NCBI GenBank assembly: GCA_041678385.1
Contig: JBAYOJ010000001.1
Coordinates: forward strand, 1 to 54,070
Source: Burkholderiaceae bacterium
Lineage (GTDB): Bacteria; Pseudomonadota; Gammaproteobacteria; Burkholderiales; Burkholderiaceae_B
Direction of reading: 5' to 3'
Length of the DNA: 54,070 nucleotides
Position 1 is the first letter of the stretch. Each line of letters begins with the position of its first letter. The notes beneath the pieces were generated by a model that made no database searches, was not told the DNA's origin, and saw only the letters and a list, made by a program, of their open reading frames with translations. The position numbers and the translations under genes are program-made. Positions 30,962 through 43,100 of the stretch are shown one piece after another.

Positions 30962-32143
30962 ATGCTCGCACGCGCCTACAGCATAGAAGACCTGCGGCGA
31001 CAGGCGAAGCGCCGGCTGCCGCGGCTGATTTTCGATTTCTTCGACGGGGGCGCCGAAGACGAATGCACGTTGCGGGCCAACCGCGCATGTTTCGAGCAGA
31101 TCAGGCTGATGCCCAGGCCGCTGGTGGACGTATCGGCCGTCGATACGTCGCGAAACCTGCTGGGCCAACCCGCCGCGCTGCCGCTGGCCATTGGGCCCAC
31201 CGGAGCCACTGGTTTTGGCTGGCCGCACGCCGATCTCGCCCTTGCGAAGGCGGCGGCGGGCGCGGGCATCCCATTCACCCTGTCGACATCTGCCACGGTG
31301 TCGATCGAGGATATCGCACGACAGGCGCCTGGGCGGCTCTGGTTCCAGGCCTACGTGTTCCGTGACCGGGCGTTTCTGCACACGCTCATCGACAGGGCTC
31401 GCGATGCCGATTATGAAGCCCTGATCGTCACCGTCGACATGCCGGTGGGCGGCAAGCGCGAGCGTGATTTTCGCAATGACTTCTGCCTGCCGTTCCATCT
31501 CACCGCGCGCAATATGCTGGACTTGGCGAGCCGGCCACGCTGGGCATTGCGGATGCTGCCCCATGGCATGCCGGAGATGGCCAATCTGCGTGGTTTTGCC
31601 CCGGACGCCAAAGGCACCCTGGGGGTCGCCTCCTCGGTGGGGCGCAGCTATGATGCCGCGCTCGACTGGGATGTGCTCGCCGAACTGCGGGCGCGCTGGC
31701 CGCGCAAGTTCATCGTCAAGGGGATCATGCATCCCGACGATGCGACCCGCGCGGCCGCGATGGGGTGTGACGGGATCATCGTATCCAACCATGGTGGCCG
31801 CCAGCTTGATGGCGCGCCCCCTGCGTTGGAAGTCTTGCCGGCAGTGCGCGCGGCGGTGGGGCCACAACTGCCTGTGTTCGTGGATGGCGGCATCCGGCGC
31901 GGCTCGGACGTCATCAAGGCGCTGGCCCTGGGTGCCGAAGGCGTTTTGCTGGGGCGCGCAACCCTGTACGGCGTCTCTGCCGCCGGACAGGCCGGTGCGT
32001 GCAGGGCGCTCGAAATCCTGTCCGATGAGCTGGCTCGAAGCATGCGTTTGTGCGGCCTCTGTTCAGTGGCGCAGATCGATCGCCGCGTGCTGGCGCCGCC
32101 CGTAGACTTTTTCAGCCGAGATGCGGGCCCGCGGACCGGGTGA
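30962..32143 (+). CDS. FMN-dependent alpha-hydroxy acid dehydrogenase (lactate/mandelate DH family)
   Basis: DGGAEDE, LWFQAY, RERD, SNHGGRQLD, DGGIRRGSD. Confidence 0.95.
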   Translation: MLARAYSIEDLRRQAKRRLPRLIFDFFDGGAEDECTLRANRACFEQIRLMPRPLVDVSAVDTSRNLLGQPAALPLAIGPTGATGFGWPHADLALAKAAAGAGIPFTLSTSATVSIEDIARQAPGRLWFQAYVFRDRAFLHTLIDRARDADYEALIVTVDMPVGGKRERDFRNDFCLPFHLTARNMLDLASRPRWALRMLPHGMPEMANLRGFAPDAKGTLGVASSVGRSYDAALDWDVLAELRARWPRKFIVKGIMHPDDATRAAAMGCDGIIVSNHGGRQLDGAPPALEVLPAVRAAVGPQLPVFVDGGIRRGSDVIKALALGAEGVLLGRATLYGVSAAGQAGACRALEILSDELARSMRLCGLCSVAQIDRRVLAPPVDFFSRDAGPRTG

Positions 32144-32245
32144 GCGGGCCATGCGTGGGGCAGGGGCGGCGTCACACAGGGGCTGCGTCACAGCTTGCAC
32201 TACATGTCTGGCTTGTGCTGTATTTTCGTATTGGAGGTGTGAATC

Positions 32246-33025
32246 ATGGACTTGGGGTTGAAGGGTAAATGGGCCGTGGTCTGCGCGGCCAGCAAGGGCC
32301 TGGGGTATGCCTGTGCGCGGGCATTGGCGGGCGAGGGGGTGGGCATCGTGCTGGTGGCCCGCACCGAGTCCACCTTGCGCGCCAGCGCCGAGCGGATCCA
32401 TGCCGAGACGGGGCAGCGCGTCATCCCGGTGGCGGCCGACATCACGACCGAGCAGGGCCGTGCCGAGGCCCTTGCTGCGGCACCGCAGGTCGACATCCTG
32501 GTGAACAATGCCGGTGGGCCACCCACGGGTGACTTTCTGGATTTCAGCCGAGAAGACTGGCTCGCGGCGCTGAACAACAACATGCTCTCGCATCTGGAGA
32601 TGATTCGCGGCGTCATCCGGCCCATGGTCGAGCGGCGCTTCGGGCGTATCGTGAACATCACCTCATCGGCCGTCAAGTCGCCAGTCGAGATCCTCTGCCT
32701 GACCAACGGGCCGCGTGCCGGCCTGACCGGGGTGGCCGGGGGGCTGGCGCGGCAGTACGCCCGCTACAACGTCACCATCAACGGCCTGTTGCCGGGCAAG
32801 TTCGACACCGAACGGCTGCGCTCGAACGTGCGCGCCCGAGCCGAAGTCCGCGGCGTTTCCTTCGAGCAGGAAACGCAGCATCAGATCGAGCTGATCGCCG
32901 CCAAGCGCTATGGCCGTACGGAAGAGTTCGGCCAGGCCTGCGCATTTCTGTGCAGTGCCGGTGCCGGGTATATCACGGCGCAGAACATTCTGGTCGATGG
33001 CGGCGCGTTCCCTGGCCTGCTGTAG
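32246..33025 (+). CDS. SDR family oxidoreductase
   Basis: AASKGLG, ILVNNAGGP, GRIVNITS, VDGG. Confidence 0.93.
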   Translation: MDLGLKGKWAVVCAASKGLGYACARALAGEGVGIVLVARTESTLRASAERIHAETGQRVIPVAADITTEQGRAEALAAAPQVDILVNNAGGPPTGDFLDFSREDWLAALNNNMLSHLEMIRGVIRPMVERRFGRIVNITSSAVKSPVEILCLTNGPRAGLTGVAGGLARQYARYNVTINGLLPGKFDTERLRSNVRARAEVRGVSFEQETQHQIELIAAKRYGRTEEFGQACAFLCSAGAGYITAQNILVDGGAFPGLL

Positions 33026-33166
33026 CGCGTTCTTTGGCCTGCTGCAGATGGGGCCGCCAGCGGCCCTGTGCGGGAGATGTGCGCACTGCAGCCACAGAGT
33101 CCGGATGGTGGCGCATGCCCGCATGCCGCAGCTTTGTGCAGGGTGGCCAGATTGTCAGCAGGCCCT

Positions 33167-34291
33167 TCAGATCAATAGCGCTATGACGCTGATAGGCAGT
33201 CCCAGTTCGCGGCTCGTGTAGGGCCGCTTGCCACTTGTCTGCAGCAGGTACGGGGTGGCTGCCAAACCCAGTTGCTGTTTCAGCGCGCGTTCGAGCTTGG
33301 CATTGTTTTCCTGGAAAAAGGCTTTTTCCATGCCGGCCTGGAGCCTCGTCTGTGCATTTTCCAGGGCAGCAGAATGTCTGCCGACAAGTCGTGCATACAG
33401 ATCCAGGAACCCTTGCGGATTGGCCGTGCGCCAGCTTTGTGGGCCGTGGTCCCCCAGCCGCTGCTGGGTCCACCACGCGTACCAGGCCAGGAGGGCCGCG
33501 GGTAGACGCACGTGAGTGCGGCCACATATGACCTGGCGTTGTGGCAGGTCGATTTTCAACTGCGGCGGCGCCAGGCCTTCCTGTATGGCCTGCACGGTTT
33601 CGTTGAAACTGGCCTGCCCCTGGAGCAGGGCTTGTGGCTGCCCGTGGCGCAGGCGCACGACAGGAATATGCGCGAGCGTCACGATGGCATCGGCAGCATC
33701 CACCTTTAGGCCATCGCGTGTGGTGAGGCACCGTGATTCAGGTGGTGGGTAGAAGAATTCGGGCAGGTTTTCAAACGGGCTGGAGACCAGCACGTGCGAA
33801 AGCTGGTCCTGCGGGCGCGCAAACAATGAAAATGCATAACCCAGATAGAACCCCATGGTTTTGCGGCCACCGGCAATCGATACGTGCAAGGCCGTGCTTG
33901 CATCCCGGGTCAGTTCGGCAAGCACCGCCGTGATGGTGTCCGCGGCGCAGGCATTTTCCCCTGGCGTACGGATGTCCTCGAGGGGTCGGCCCAGCGTATC
34001 ACCAATGACATGGATGTTCTGTTCGGAAAAAGCCGGCTGGCCGAGTACGGGGTAATCTGCCATTAGAGCTCTGAATTGGCCGTATGTGGGGTGCAGCAGG
34101 GCGGTGCGTGCCAGTTGTGCGCCTACAGTGGTGGTGAGCAGGTGGATTTCCGTCGGAATGAACCGTGCATCCGCTGGTGACGATGCCGTGGTGCCCAGAG
34201 CATACAGTGTTTCGGTGACGACCTGTGGCGAAAGCCCGGTGACCGCCAGCAGGATACGCCGGGGGAATGGGTGATCGACCATTGCGGTCAT
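33167..34291 (-). CDS. csm6: CRISPR-associated CARF protein, NE0113 family (putative ring nuclease; Crn1-like, often annotated Csm6)
   Basis: ILLAVTGLSPQVVTETLYAL, SIAGGRKTM, DQLSHVLV, FFYP. Confidence 0.88.
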   Translation of the reverse strand: MTAMVDHPFPRRILLAVTGLSPQVVTETLYALGTTASSPADARFIPTEIHLLTTTVGAQLARTALLHPTYGQFRALMADYPVLGQPAFSEQNIHVIGDTLGRPLEDIRTPGENACAADTITAVLAELTRDASTALHVSIAGGRKTMGFYLGYAFSLFARPQDQLSHVLVSSPFENLPEFFYPPPESRCLTTRDGLKVDAADAIVTLAHIPVVRLRHGQPQALLQGQASFNETVQAIQEGLAPPQLKIDLPQRQVICGRTHVRLPAALLAWYAWWTQQRLGDHGPQSWRTANPQGFLDLYARLVGRHSAALENAQTRLQAGMEKAFFQENNAKLERALKQQLGLAATPYLLQTSGKRPYTSRELGLPISVIALLI

Positions 34292-35490
34292 GATTTCAAT
34301 GGTCGATGCCTGCTGTTGAACAGGCTGCGACGCAGTGTCTGCAAGCGTTCACGCAGCAGTGTTTCATCGCGCAGGATTCTTTCGTCGTTCTTTGACCGCT
34401 CAGTTGGGCGTACACCGTGTACCATCGTGTTCCGCAGGCTCGTGAGGGATTTGATGCTGGATCGCTTGTCCCGGATGCGTTTCAGCGCTACGGCACGACT
34501 GTCGTAATCATTGGCGTTTCCGCCTTCTGAATGAACCGCATGCGACGCCAGGCTTTCAAACATATAGATGAGGGTGCGCAGGTAATCACGCTTTTCCAAG
34601 TACCGATCTGAAAGCGCGAGTTCCCAATCTGCGCGCCTGCCCTTTCTGAACCAGCTGATGCGTTGCGTGAGCGCAGTCCGGAACAGCTGGCCGAGCGTGC
34701 CCTTGTGCTGGTCGATGGCGCCCAGGGCGCTGGACAGGCTCTCTCTTGCGAGAACCGGATTGTTGCACCGTTCGTAATAGGCCCCTCTGGAAAGCATGCG
34801 CGCGCTGGCTTCGTCCATTCCGTCGTCGTGCAGCAGCGACGCGAACACACCATAATCGCCGCTCTGGTCATAAATGGCCAGCGCTTCCGACCAATCGAGC
34901 ATTTTCAGCAGATGACCCAGCTTCAGTACCGGTACTTCATGGGTGTCGGGATCTTTCATGTGAAAGGCCCCGTAGTAGATCTCTCCGACACTGACCTTGC
35001 GCACGTGCGTGAGATAACGTGCAGCCACGAGGGCGAGCATGGGCAGGTGCCGGAATGAATGCGTGACATCCAGGACGATGTTTTCACCATCTTGCACCGA
35101 TTCAGCCATGCGTTTCAGGATCATCGACTGTTCTTCGGCGTCCTTGGCGTACGGAATGAGCAGGCATTTCACTTCGATGCCCAGTGTCTGTGTCAATTTC
35201 TGCTCATGTCGGGCCAGGGCTTCTGGTGACACGTCCTGCGCTTCGACCGCCGCCATCAGTTCGGCTGCATTGCTGTCGCGATTCTGGTGATCGAAGAACA
35301 CGTCCCACATGCTGCCCGGTGTGCCCATCAGAATGAGTTTCTTGCAGTGTGGATGCAGGTATTCCAGCAGGCCCATGCCAAAGTACGGTACGTCGCATGC
35401 GAAGTCAGGCGCAAAACGGTAGCGGGCCTGCTGGTAACCCGTAACCGGGTCGCTTCTGCTTTGTCCAAGAAAACTGATCAGGGTTGGCAT
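34288..35490 (-). CDS. csx1: CARF-HEPN ribonuclease effector, TIGR02221/Csx1 family
   Basis: Start MPTLISFLG; GTPGSMW, DVTHSFRHLP CARF motifs; HEPN R-x4-H (RNTMVH). Confidence 0.88.
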   Translation of the reverse strand: MPTLISFLGQSRSDPVTGYQQARYRFAPDFACDVPYFGMGLLEYLHPHCKKLILMGTPGSMWDVFFDHQNRDSNAAELMAAVEAQDVSPEALARHEQKLTQTLGIEVKCLLIPYAKDAEEQSMILKRMAESVQDGENIVLDVTHSFRHLPMLALVAARYLTHVRKVSVGEIYYGAFHMKDPDTHEVPVLKLGHLLKMLDWSEALAIYDQSGDYGVFASLLHDDGMDEASARMLSRGAYYERCNNPVLARESLSSALGAIDQHKGTLGQLFRTALTQRISWFRKGRRADWELALSDRYLEKRDYLRTLIYMFESLASHAVHSEGGNANDYDSRAVALKRIRDKRSSIKSLTSLRNTMVHGVRPTERSKNDERILRDETLLRERLQTLRRSLFNSRHRPLKS

Positions 35491-35540
35491 GGTGCGGTCC
35501 TTCTGTGAGGCAAAAGTATCGTAGGGTGAGATGGTGTCGG

Positions 35541-36479
35541 CTAGAGGGTCAGATGGTAGCCGCCCAACCCGAAGCTGGTGTTTTTGCCGAGGTGGATCCA
35601 TTGGCCGATATGCAGCAACTCTGCGAAAGGCGCCAGATCCCCTTCCAACCGGATATCCCCGATGAGACCACCCAGTTTCATTTCACGCTGCTGGCGTTGG
35701 GAGTAGCGCCCCCAGTCAAACCAGCGCAGATTCTGCGGTTTGGCAACAACCGTGGCAGCGTGAGCATACAAGGTGTCGAAGTCCAGCTGCATAGGGCTGT
35801 CGGTGCACGTGTCGATGAGCAATTGGACGCGCCGCGCCAAAGCAATGAGCAGGGCCAGTGCCGTGATGCGTTCAGTGCGTGCAGGTTTGCCCTGGATCTG
35901 GAGGCGCAGCGGGGTGTTCAACTGCAAGGTGGCTTGGTATTCCAGTGAGACTGATGGGGGCTGCGCCATCCAGCCTGAATCCAGCGCGATGAGCTTGCTG
36001 CCATCGCCAGACCGCCACACTGGTTCCAGGGCAAGTTCCGGCATCACCGCGAGCAGCGAACAACGACTCTGACCGGGACCCAGACCCGTGCGTAGCGCGC
36101 GTTCAAAGGCGACGATGACAGCAGGCAGTTGCGTGATCACCCGGCCGATCAGAACCAGTCTGAATTCAAACGACGCCCCCCGCTCGAGCCAGGTGTCACC
36201 GGCCATGGGTTCGATAACGTATGGGTGCGGCATCTGGCTGAATTTCTGCAAGCTGTGGGGCTTGAAGGCCGGCGAGGTGAACAGCTGGCAGTACAGGCAC
36301 GATGCCTTCAGTGCACACGGGCCGTCATCGGGGTGGGGCAGTGGCGCCAGGGCTTTCAGCGCGTGGCCCAAGGCGCCGCGCAACATGGACCCCGTGTACG
36401 GTGGTAGGCACAGCGGTGCTTCGGCTCGGGCCAGAAATCGCAGCCGCACAACAGGAAGCGTGGTGAGCAGTGCACTCAT
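35541..36479 (-). CDS. cas6: crRNA-processing endoribonuclease Cas6
   Basis: GSMLRGALG, C..C.YC, PHPYV, TPLRL, C-terminal HLGKNTSFGLG. Confidence 0.92.
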   Translation of the reverse strand: MSALLTTLPVVRLRFLARAEAPLCLPPYTGSMLRGALGHALKALAPLPHPDDGPCALKASCLYCQLFTSPAFKPHSLQKFSQMPHPYVIEPMAGDTWLERGASFEFRLVLIGRVITQLPAVIVAFERALRTGLGPGQSRCSLLAVMPELALEPVWRSGDGSKLIALDSGWMAQPPSVSLEYQATLQLNTPLRLQIQGKPARTERITALALLIALARRVQLLIDTCTDSPMQLDFDTLYAHAATVVAKPQNLRWFDWGRYSQRQQREMKLGGLIGDIRLEGDLAPFAELLHIGQWIHLGKNTSFGLGGYHLTL

Positions 36480-37717
36480 TCTGCTTCAATACGCACCAGC
36501 GCGGAGCCAGCCACATAGGCGGTGACCCGCACAAAGCTGCCTCCCGTCCTGACTTTCTTTTGCAGCGGTTCGGGCAGTGTGCCGAGCAGTTCTTCGCCCA
36601 AGGGAGGTCGGGCATGCGCAGTCTGTGCGCCCTGGGTCACTGTCAGCGTGCCATTTCTCCGGTTGTATGTAATGCGCGCCTTGTTCCAGGGCACGGCTTC
36701 TTCTGCCTGGCGGCGCTCGATCTCGATCTTTTGCTGCTGGCGCGCTTCTTCCTGCCGCTGCGCCGCCACCGCCAGACGTTGGTCGCGCTGGGCCAGGGAT
36801 TCCATGGCGCCATAGCCCACGGCCGTTTTGGCACCGAATCCGAGCCACTCGAAGGCGTGCTCGAAGGCTGCGGTGAGCAACACCTGCCAGCGCCCATCGG
36901 CGGCAAGGTCGGGGGCGATTGATTCAAGACGTGGTTGATCGCATTGGACGTGGAATCTCATGGACGATCCGGGTGGCACGGTGAGAAAATAAATCGGTAT
37001 TGGCTGGCCGCCGTCATGTGGCGAAACAGGCCCATCCGCCTTGCCTTGCTGATAATAGTGGCTCTGGTGGGGCGTCATGATCTCGACCTGCAGGCCGTTG
37101 CCCCGGACTTTCGGGATGACATCCCAGAAACCCAGGACACCGCGCAGATGCAAAGTATCTTCATCGTCGGCTTCCAGGCCAAAGAGTACATCGGCGCTTG
37201 AAAGCAGCACAGTCTGACGGTCAGCGGTCACCGCATAGTGCTTTTCATCGGACCACCCGTGCGGTTCGCCCCACTCGCCACTGGCCAGCTCGCGCGCCGC
37301 CTGCCGGATCACGCCCTTGATGCCGCTGCCCGCCAGATAGGGCAGCCCATAGGGGTTGAGAAACGCAAAACCGTTCTCCAGCGGATGTTCGTTGCCCAGA
37401 CCCGTCGTGAATGGCGCCGTCGCTGTGGCCTCGAGATTGAGCAGGTGGGCAGCACAATCGGCCAGTGATGCCTGACGCTGGATGATACCTCGAAGCAGAG
37501 CCTGGTCAGCCTGGTTCAGATGGCAGGCCTGCTGGATCGCATCGGCCTTGTTATCGATCTTGATCTTCTGTTCTTGCGGCAGCTGACCGCGGGTGCCCTG
37601 TGGGTTGTCCAGGAGCTGCGCAAGGTTCCATACTGGCAGCAGCATGCCAAAGCGCAGGCCTGGCGACGCATCCCTGAAATTCTTGCCCAGGTAGTTGGGT
37701 ACGGCGGCAATCGGCAT
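36476..37717 (-). CDS. cmr6: Type III-B RAMP Cmr6
   Basis: TGLGNEHPLENG, GLPYLAGSGIKG, IMTPH..YY, PIPIYFL, GFGAKTAVGYG. Confidence 0.95.
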   Translation of the reverse strand: MPIAAVPNYLGKNFRDASPGLRFGMLLPVWNLAQLLDNPQGTRGQLPQEQKIKIDNKADAIQQACHLNQADQALLRGIIQRQASLADCAAHLLNLEATATAPFTTGLGNEHPLENGFAFLNPYGLPYLAGSGIKGVIRQAARELASGEWGEPHGWSDEKHYAVTADRQTVLLSSADVLFGLEADDEDTLHLRGVLGFWDVIPKVRGNGLQVEIMTPHQSHYYQQGKADGPVSPHDGGQPIPIYFLTVPPGSSMRFHVQCDQPRLESIAPDLAADGRWQVLLTAAFEHAFEWLGFGAKTAVGYGAMESLAQRDQRLAVAAQRQEEARQQQKIEIERRQAEEAVPWNKARITYNRRNGTLTVTQGAQTAHARPPLGEELLGTLPEPLQKKVRTGGSFVRVTAYVAGSALVRIEAE

Positions 37718-37718
37718 G

Positions 37719-38093
37719 TCAGCGCTCCTTGATGCGGGCAGCCGCGAGTTGGCGCAGCCATTTCAACCAGGCAAATGCCTCGGCATGGATAGCCTGGTAG
37801 GTGGGTGAATCGGCCTTTATCAGCGCCTGCATGAAACTGTTGAATTCTGCGCCCGTGTCGAACACGGATGGGAACCGGAACGCGAGCCAGGTGCGCAGAT
37901 CATCGGCCACTTTGCCGTTGGCCGCACTTTTTTCTTCGCAGAAGGCCAGTACCTGCATCAACCCGCTGTTCATGATCAGGGCAGGCAGCCCCTTGGCGGC
38001 CTTGACATGGGCGTCCTGATATTGCGCACAGGCCTGCCAGGCAGCCTGTGCCCGTTGCTGTTCGAAGGTCATGTATGTTGGGTTTTTCTGCAT
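37719..38093 (-). CDS. cmr5: Type III-B small subunit Cmr5
   Basis: EQQRAQ.AW, LPALIMNSGL.Q.LAF, WLKWLR. Confidence 0.92.
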   Translation of the reverse strand: MQKNPTYMTFEQQRAQAAWQACAQYQDAHVKAAKGLPALIMNSGLMQVLAFCEEKSAANGKVADDLRTWLAFRFPSVFDTGAEFNSFMQALIKADSPTYQAIHAEAFAWLKWLRQLAAARIKER

Positions 38094-38097
38094 GATG

Positions 38098-39009
<912 letters not shown>

Positions 39010-40155
39010 TCAGAATACAGCAAAGATGAAGCGGTTGAAGCCTTCGGCCTGACGATGGGGATCTTCGCAGGGTTCCTGCCACAGACCATGCGTGGCAAGC
39101 TTGCCAAGCGCTTCAGGCGTGGTTTCAAGCTCATCGAGCCAGTAGACCGACCCGGATCCGACCGCCTTTTGTGCAGGCTTGGGGCGCTGGCGTGCCAGAT
39201 CCCAACCAGAGACTGTTTCGGTTGGCGTCATTGCGGCGCAGACGATTCTGGCCTTGAAGCCGGGCAGTGTGATCTGATGAGCTGTATTGCTGCCCGGCAG
39301 CTGCCAGCCCTCGCGAAAGATACCCGGGCTGGTGAGCACAATGCGGCAGCGCCGGGCGTGGACAATCCTGGAAAAATCAGGCATCGGGATGCGGGGTGTG
39401 GCCGCTTGCACCCGAACCGCACGGCCATCGCCACCGAATCGAAGCAGGCCCTTGTGGGGCATGCGGGCGCCGTGGACCCCGGCCAGAAAACCTGTATTTT
39501 CATGAAATGCGATGGCCCGGACAGTAAACAGCTTGCCGTCGGCCGCACTGCGTTTACCGCGATCCAGGCCAATCCCGACGCGTTCATCGAATCGCCATAA
39601 CTGACTCGAATGGATGAGATCGTCTGTGCTGATTTCTTGATTACCCAGGTAGCGTTGCCAGCCCTGCTGGCGCAGCCACCAGCCACTACCCGGCTTTTCG
39701 CGGCTGTTCTGTGACAATACCGGCAGCAATGCCAGCGGCCAGGAACTTGCCAGAGCGTGGTGGTGTGATACAGGGCGCAGGCTGCGCACCGATCTGCACC
39801 GCAGCGTGCCGCCCGTGCTCATGTCAGCCATGACAGACAGGTCAGCCGGCACGGGATACAGAAGTTCCAGTGCATCCTCGGGCCCTGTGCGTCGGGCGAG
39901 CTGAAAATGGGTCAGGCGAAAGCGGCCCGGATAGTCGGGAGTGCCCAGGCTGGGATGTGCTGCACCACGGGCAAAGGCCTCGGGATCCGTTTGATCGTCG
40001 GCAAGAATGCGTGAGCGGATCGCCCCTGCAGCCACTGACGGCCAGGGTGGAACAAAGCTTTCACCGTAGCTTCCGGGCTCGCCAAAGGCCTGGTTGCCGC
40101 GCAGAAAAAGGACGTCCAGTGGTTCGAGGAAGCAAAAACTGGGATCTGGATTCAT
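39010..40155 (-). CDS. cmr3: Type III-B Cmr3 (Cas5-like)
   Basis: LEPLDVLFLRG..F, PPWPS..AGA, GIGLD, FGGDGR, GWDL, GSVYW. Confidence 0.95.
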   Translation of the reverse strand: MNPDPSFCFLEPLDVLFLRGNQAFGEPGSYGESFVPPWPSVAAGAIRSRILADDQTDPEAFARGAAHPSLGTPDYPGRFRLTHFQLARRTGPEDALELLYPVPADLSVMADMSTGGTLRCRSVRSLRPVSHHHALASSWPLALLPVLSQNSREKPGSGWWLRQQGWQRYLGNQEISTDDLIHSSQLWRFDERVGIGLDRGKRSAADGKLFTVRAIAFHENTGFLAGVHGARMPHKGLLRFGGDGRAVRVQAATPRIPMPDFSRIVHARRCRIVLTSPGIFREGWQLPGSNTAHQITLPGFKARIVCAAMTPTETVSGWDLARQRPKPAQKAVGSGSVYWLDELETTPEALGKLATHGLWQEPCEDPHRQAEGFNRFIFAVF

Positions 40156-43100
40156 GCCGCTTTCCTTGGAGATTCGTTTCTGGGCGCTACGTTGCGGGTT
40201 TCGCGCGCCATGAACTCGGCCACTGCAATAAAGTTGCGCAGCCAGTTGATGCGCTGGTCAGTGGGCTGGCGGCATGCCTGGTCGATCAACCTGCACGCCA
40301 GAGGCTGGGCCTGGGGGCTGCCCCCTGACTGTTGTGCGAACTGGTATGCCAGCAGGCTCTGGAGCATGTCAGCCTGGCCCTCGGGGTCGGGGAGTTCCTG
40401 GGGGTTGAGCCATTGAAGCGTGTGGTAGGCTGCTCTTCGGGAGACATTGGGCTGGGACAGAAAACTGCGCAATGCCTGCAGTGCCGCCAAGGGTTCACCC
40501 CATTGGTCTGTCAGGTGAAGGGCGCCCCCGGATCGCTTGATGATGGTGATGGAAAATGCGTCGCGCTTGCCCTCAGTCTTGGCACGGCGTTCGGCCAGGT
40601 CAAGTTCGCGCCGTACAGCAGATAACGGTGCCTGGTGATGGGCGATGACTGCGCCACAGGATGCCGTGGCGGCGGTACCCATCATGCGCATGAGACGGTT
40701 GTGCAGCAGGGCGAAGCCCTTGTGCAGAGTGAGGCCTGCTGGGTCGCGCCCCCCTTCGTGCTCAGGATCGTGTCCGCTGTAGGCATTGCGCAACCGCTGC
40801 ATCGCAGACAGCAGGTCGGCCACTGGCAGCATGGCCAGTACATCGTCGCCCCCGGCGTAGATCAGGCGCCCCAGATGCTCTTCTTCGATCACATGGCGGG
40901 CGACTCTCAGAGAAAAGTCGTTCAGCGCAGCCGAAATGGCCATATGACGATTGGGTGAGAGCGCGCGCTTTTGTTTCCCGTAGGCCGCGATATCAGGCTG
41001 CCTGGCAGCGTGCTTTTCGAAACCGGCCCGTACCGTGGGATGCAGGCTCTGTAAATATGAGATGGCATATTCCTCACCACCCGAGAGCCAGGCACCCATG
41101 TGATCACCGTCCATCTTGAGGAGGGCATAGTAGGTCTCGAGCGATGCATCGCCTGATGTTTCTGCTGACACCTGGGGTTGTGTGCTGCGTGTATTGAGTA
41201 CTTGCCGAACGGCTCTGCGGACCGTATTGGCAGGCGCAGCGTCAGGTGCGGCTTCATCGTCAGCCAGATCCAGGAGGGCGGGCATCAGGCTTGCCATTTT
41301 GACGGCCTCGCTCTCGATCTTCATATGATCCCGTACCAACTTGCGGGGCAAGGCAACCGGCCCGAGGCCAGGATAGCGCTGCAACAGGTCATCGAGCCGG
41401 GAACGGGCTGGCGCGCCATGCTCGAGCCACTGATCGAGTTGATGCGCGAGCGCCATTGTGTGGCTCGAGATGGCAAATCGACCAATTGCTGGTTGGTGGA
41501 TGGCCGCGGCGACCTCTTCGGCAAACAAAGTAGGCCAGAGCCGTTTGATGGCTGACAGGGCGCCCAGATGCTCGCCTGGTTTTGCCCATGCGGGCTTTTG
41601 ATCCGCGATTCTCATCCAGAGCGTCTCGTGATGCGCTGGTGTGCTGGCATGCTCTGCGCGGCGACGGGTGCGTTTGCCTGGGGGAATATCCAGCAGCAAT
41701 GCATCGTCGGTCAGCCATTCTGTTTCACCACTGAGGGTGTCGCGCCAACCGGTTTGTGGATGCTGTGTGAAGGGCCGCACTGATTTTGCTGCAGACAGGA
41801 GCCGTTCAGAAAGATCATGTATGGCTGGATACAGTACGCCAGGATTGGGTGCGAAAAAAACGGACCGCTCATTGTCTTCACTCAGGATCAGTTCTTTCTG
41901 CAGAAGCTGCCAGGCTGGTGTGGCCAGAAATCCACAGGGCTTGCCATCTGGTGCATCGAAGAACGGCCGCATTGCCGCCGACAGTTCGGTGATGTCCAGG
42001 TCGGTCTGTCGCTCTGTGTTTTTAGCTCGGATCAGCGAAAACGGCACCACCGCCCAGTGCACTTCGGGGAACTTGTCGAGCTGGTCATGCATTTGCTGAT
42101 GACAGTAGAGATCAGGCTGATCCTCGATTTGTGCCGCCTTGAGCAATCTGCCCAGGACGTCTTTTCCCATGGCTTGCAGCCAGCCCCTGACATGTCGCTG
42201 GATTGCCTCTGCCAGGGCACGGGCCTGAGCGGCAGGCACGATTGCAACGAAACGGTTCGGCGTTGCTGCGACAAACAGCGGGTTGCTGTCCGTGCGGCCA
42301 TGGTTCCAATCGCACCGTGTGAAGAGTTCGGCGGGCAGCCCACATTGATCGCGCAACCAGAGATCCACCTGGGGTATGCCACGCAAGCGTGGAAAGAGAA
42401 TCGCATCGGGGCCGAGCTGATCACAGACGATACGCATGGCCTCCCAGGACAGACGAGCCAGCAGGTGAGAGCCAGCCCAAAGATCCTCGGCCTTGCGCGC
42501 GGCGGCTATGAAAGGTTGCACCGGACCAATCGACAGGGACAGCAATGCGGGTTCACCTTTGGGATCAGCTGCAAAAGCCCCCGCAAAGGCCGAGGCCAGG
42601 TCGAGGTGCTCCCAGATGGAATGGTCCGGCAGGCGGGTGTCGGCTGGCAACAGATTCCACAGGCTGCCCAGCTTGCCGTTGTCGTCTTCTTCGAGTAGTT
42701 CTGGTGCGAACCGCCAAAGGACCAGGAGCGCTTTCTTCCAATCGAGACGGTCGTCATCCTGGTTTTTCACCAGCCCAATGAGGCGCGCATGATGCTCAAG
42801 GCTGCGTTCCTTGATGTCGTGAAAATCGGTATCCTGAAGGCCACCTTTCTTACCCAGATCGTACGACTCACCGGTGAGCGGATGGATGAGTACGGGTTGC
42901 CTGGTCCAGTGGACCTGGGCCCAGGGCGCCACCTTGAATGTACGGGTTCCTCCGCTGGTGGTCGGGACGGTGATTTCCTCCATTGGCCATTGCGGACGGT
43001 CGGCCGCGGCAGCCCACCAGTCAGCACGCTGGATGTGCCGGTACATGCTTTTTGGAATCCCGCCCTTGAGCACAGTCTGGGCCAGAGCCTGGCCGTTGTC

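Noticed and set aside
104-33124. Many long overlapping or antisense ORFs (e.g. 104-1090, 7848-9599, 23361-24683, 27447-28952)
   Set aside because: Shadow frames of high-GC genes; the opposite or alternative frame holds a recognisable protein.
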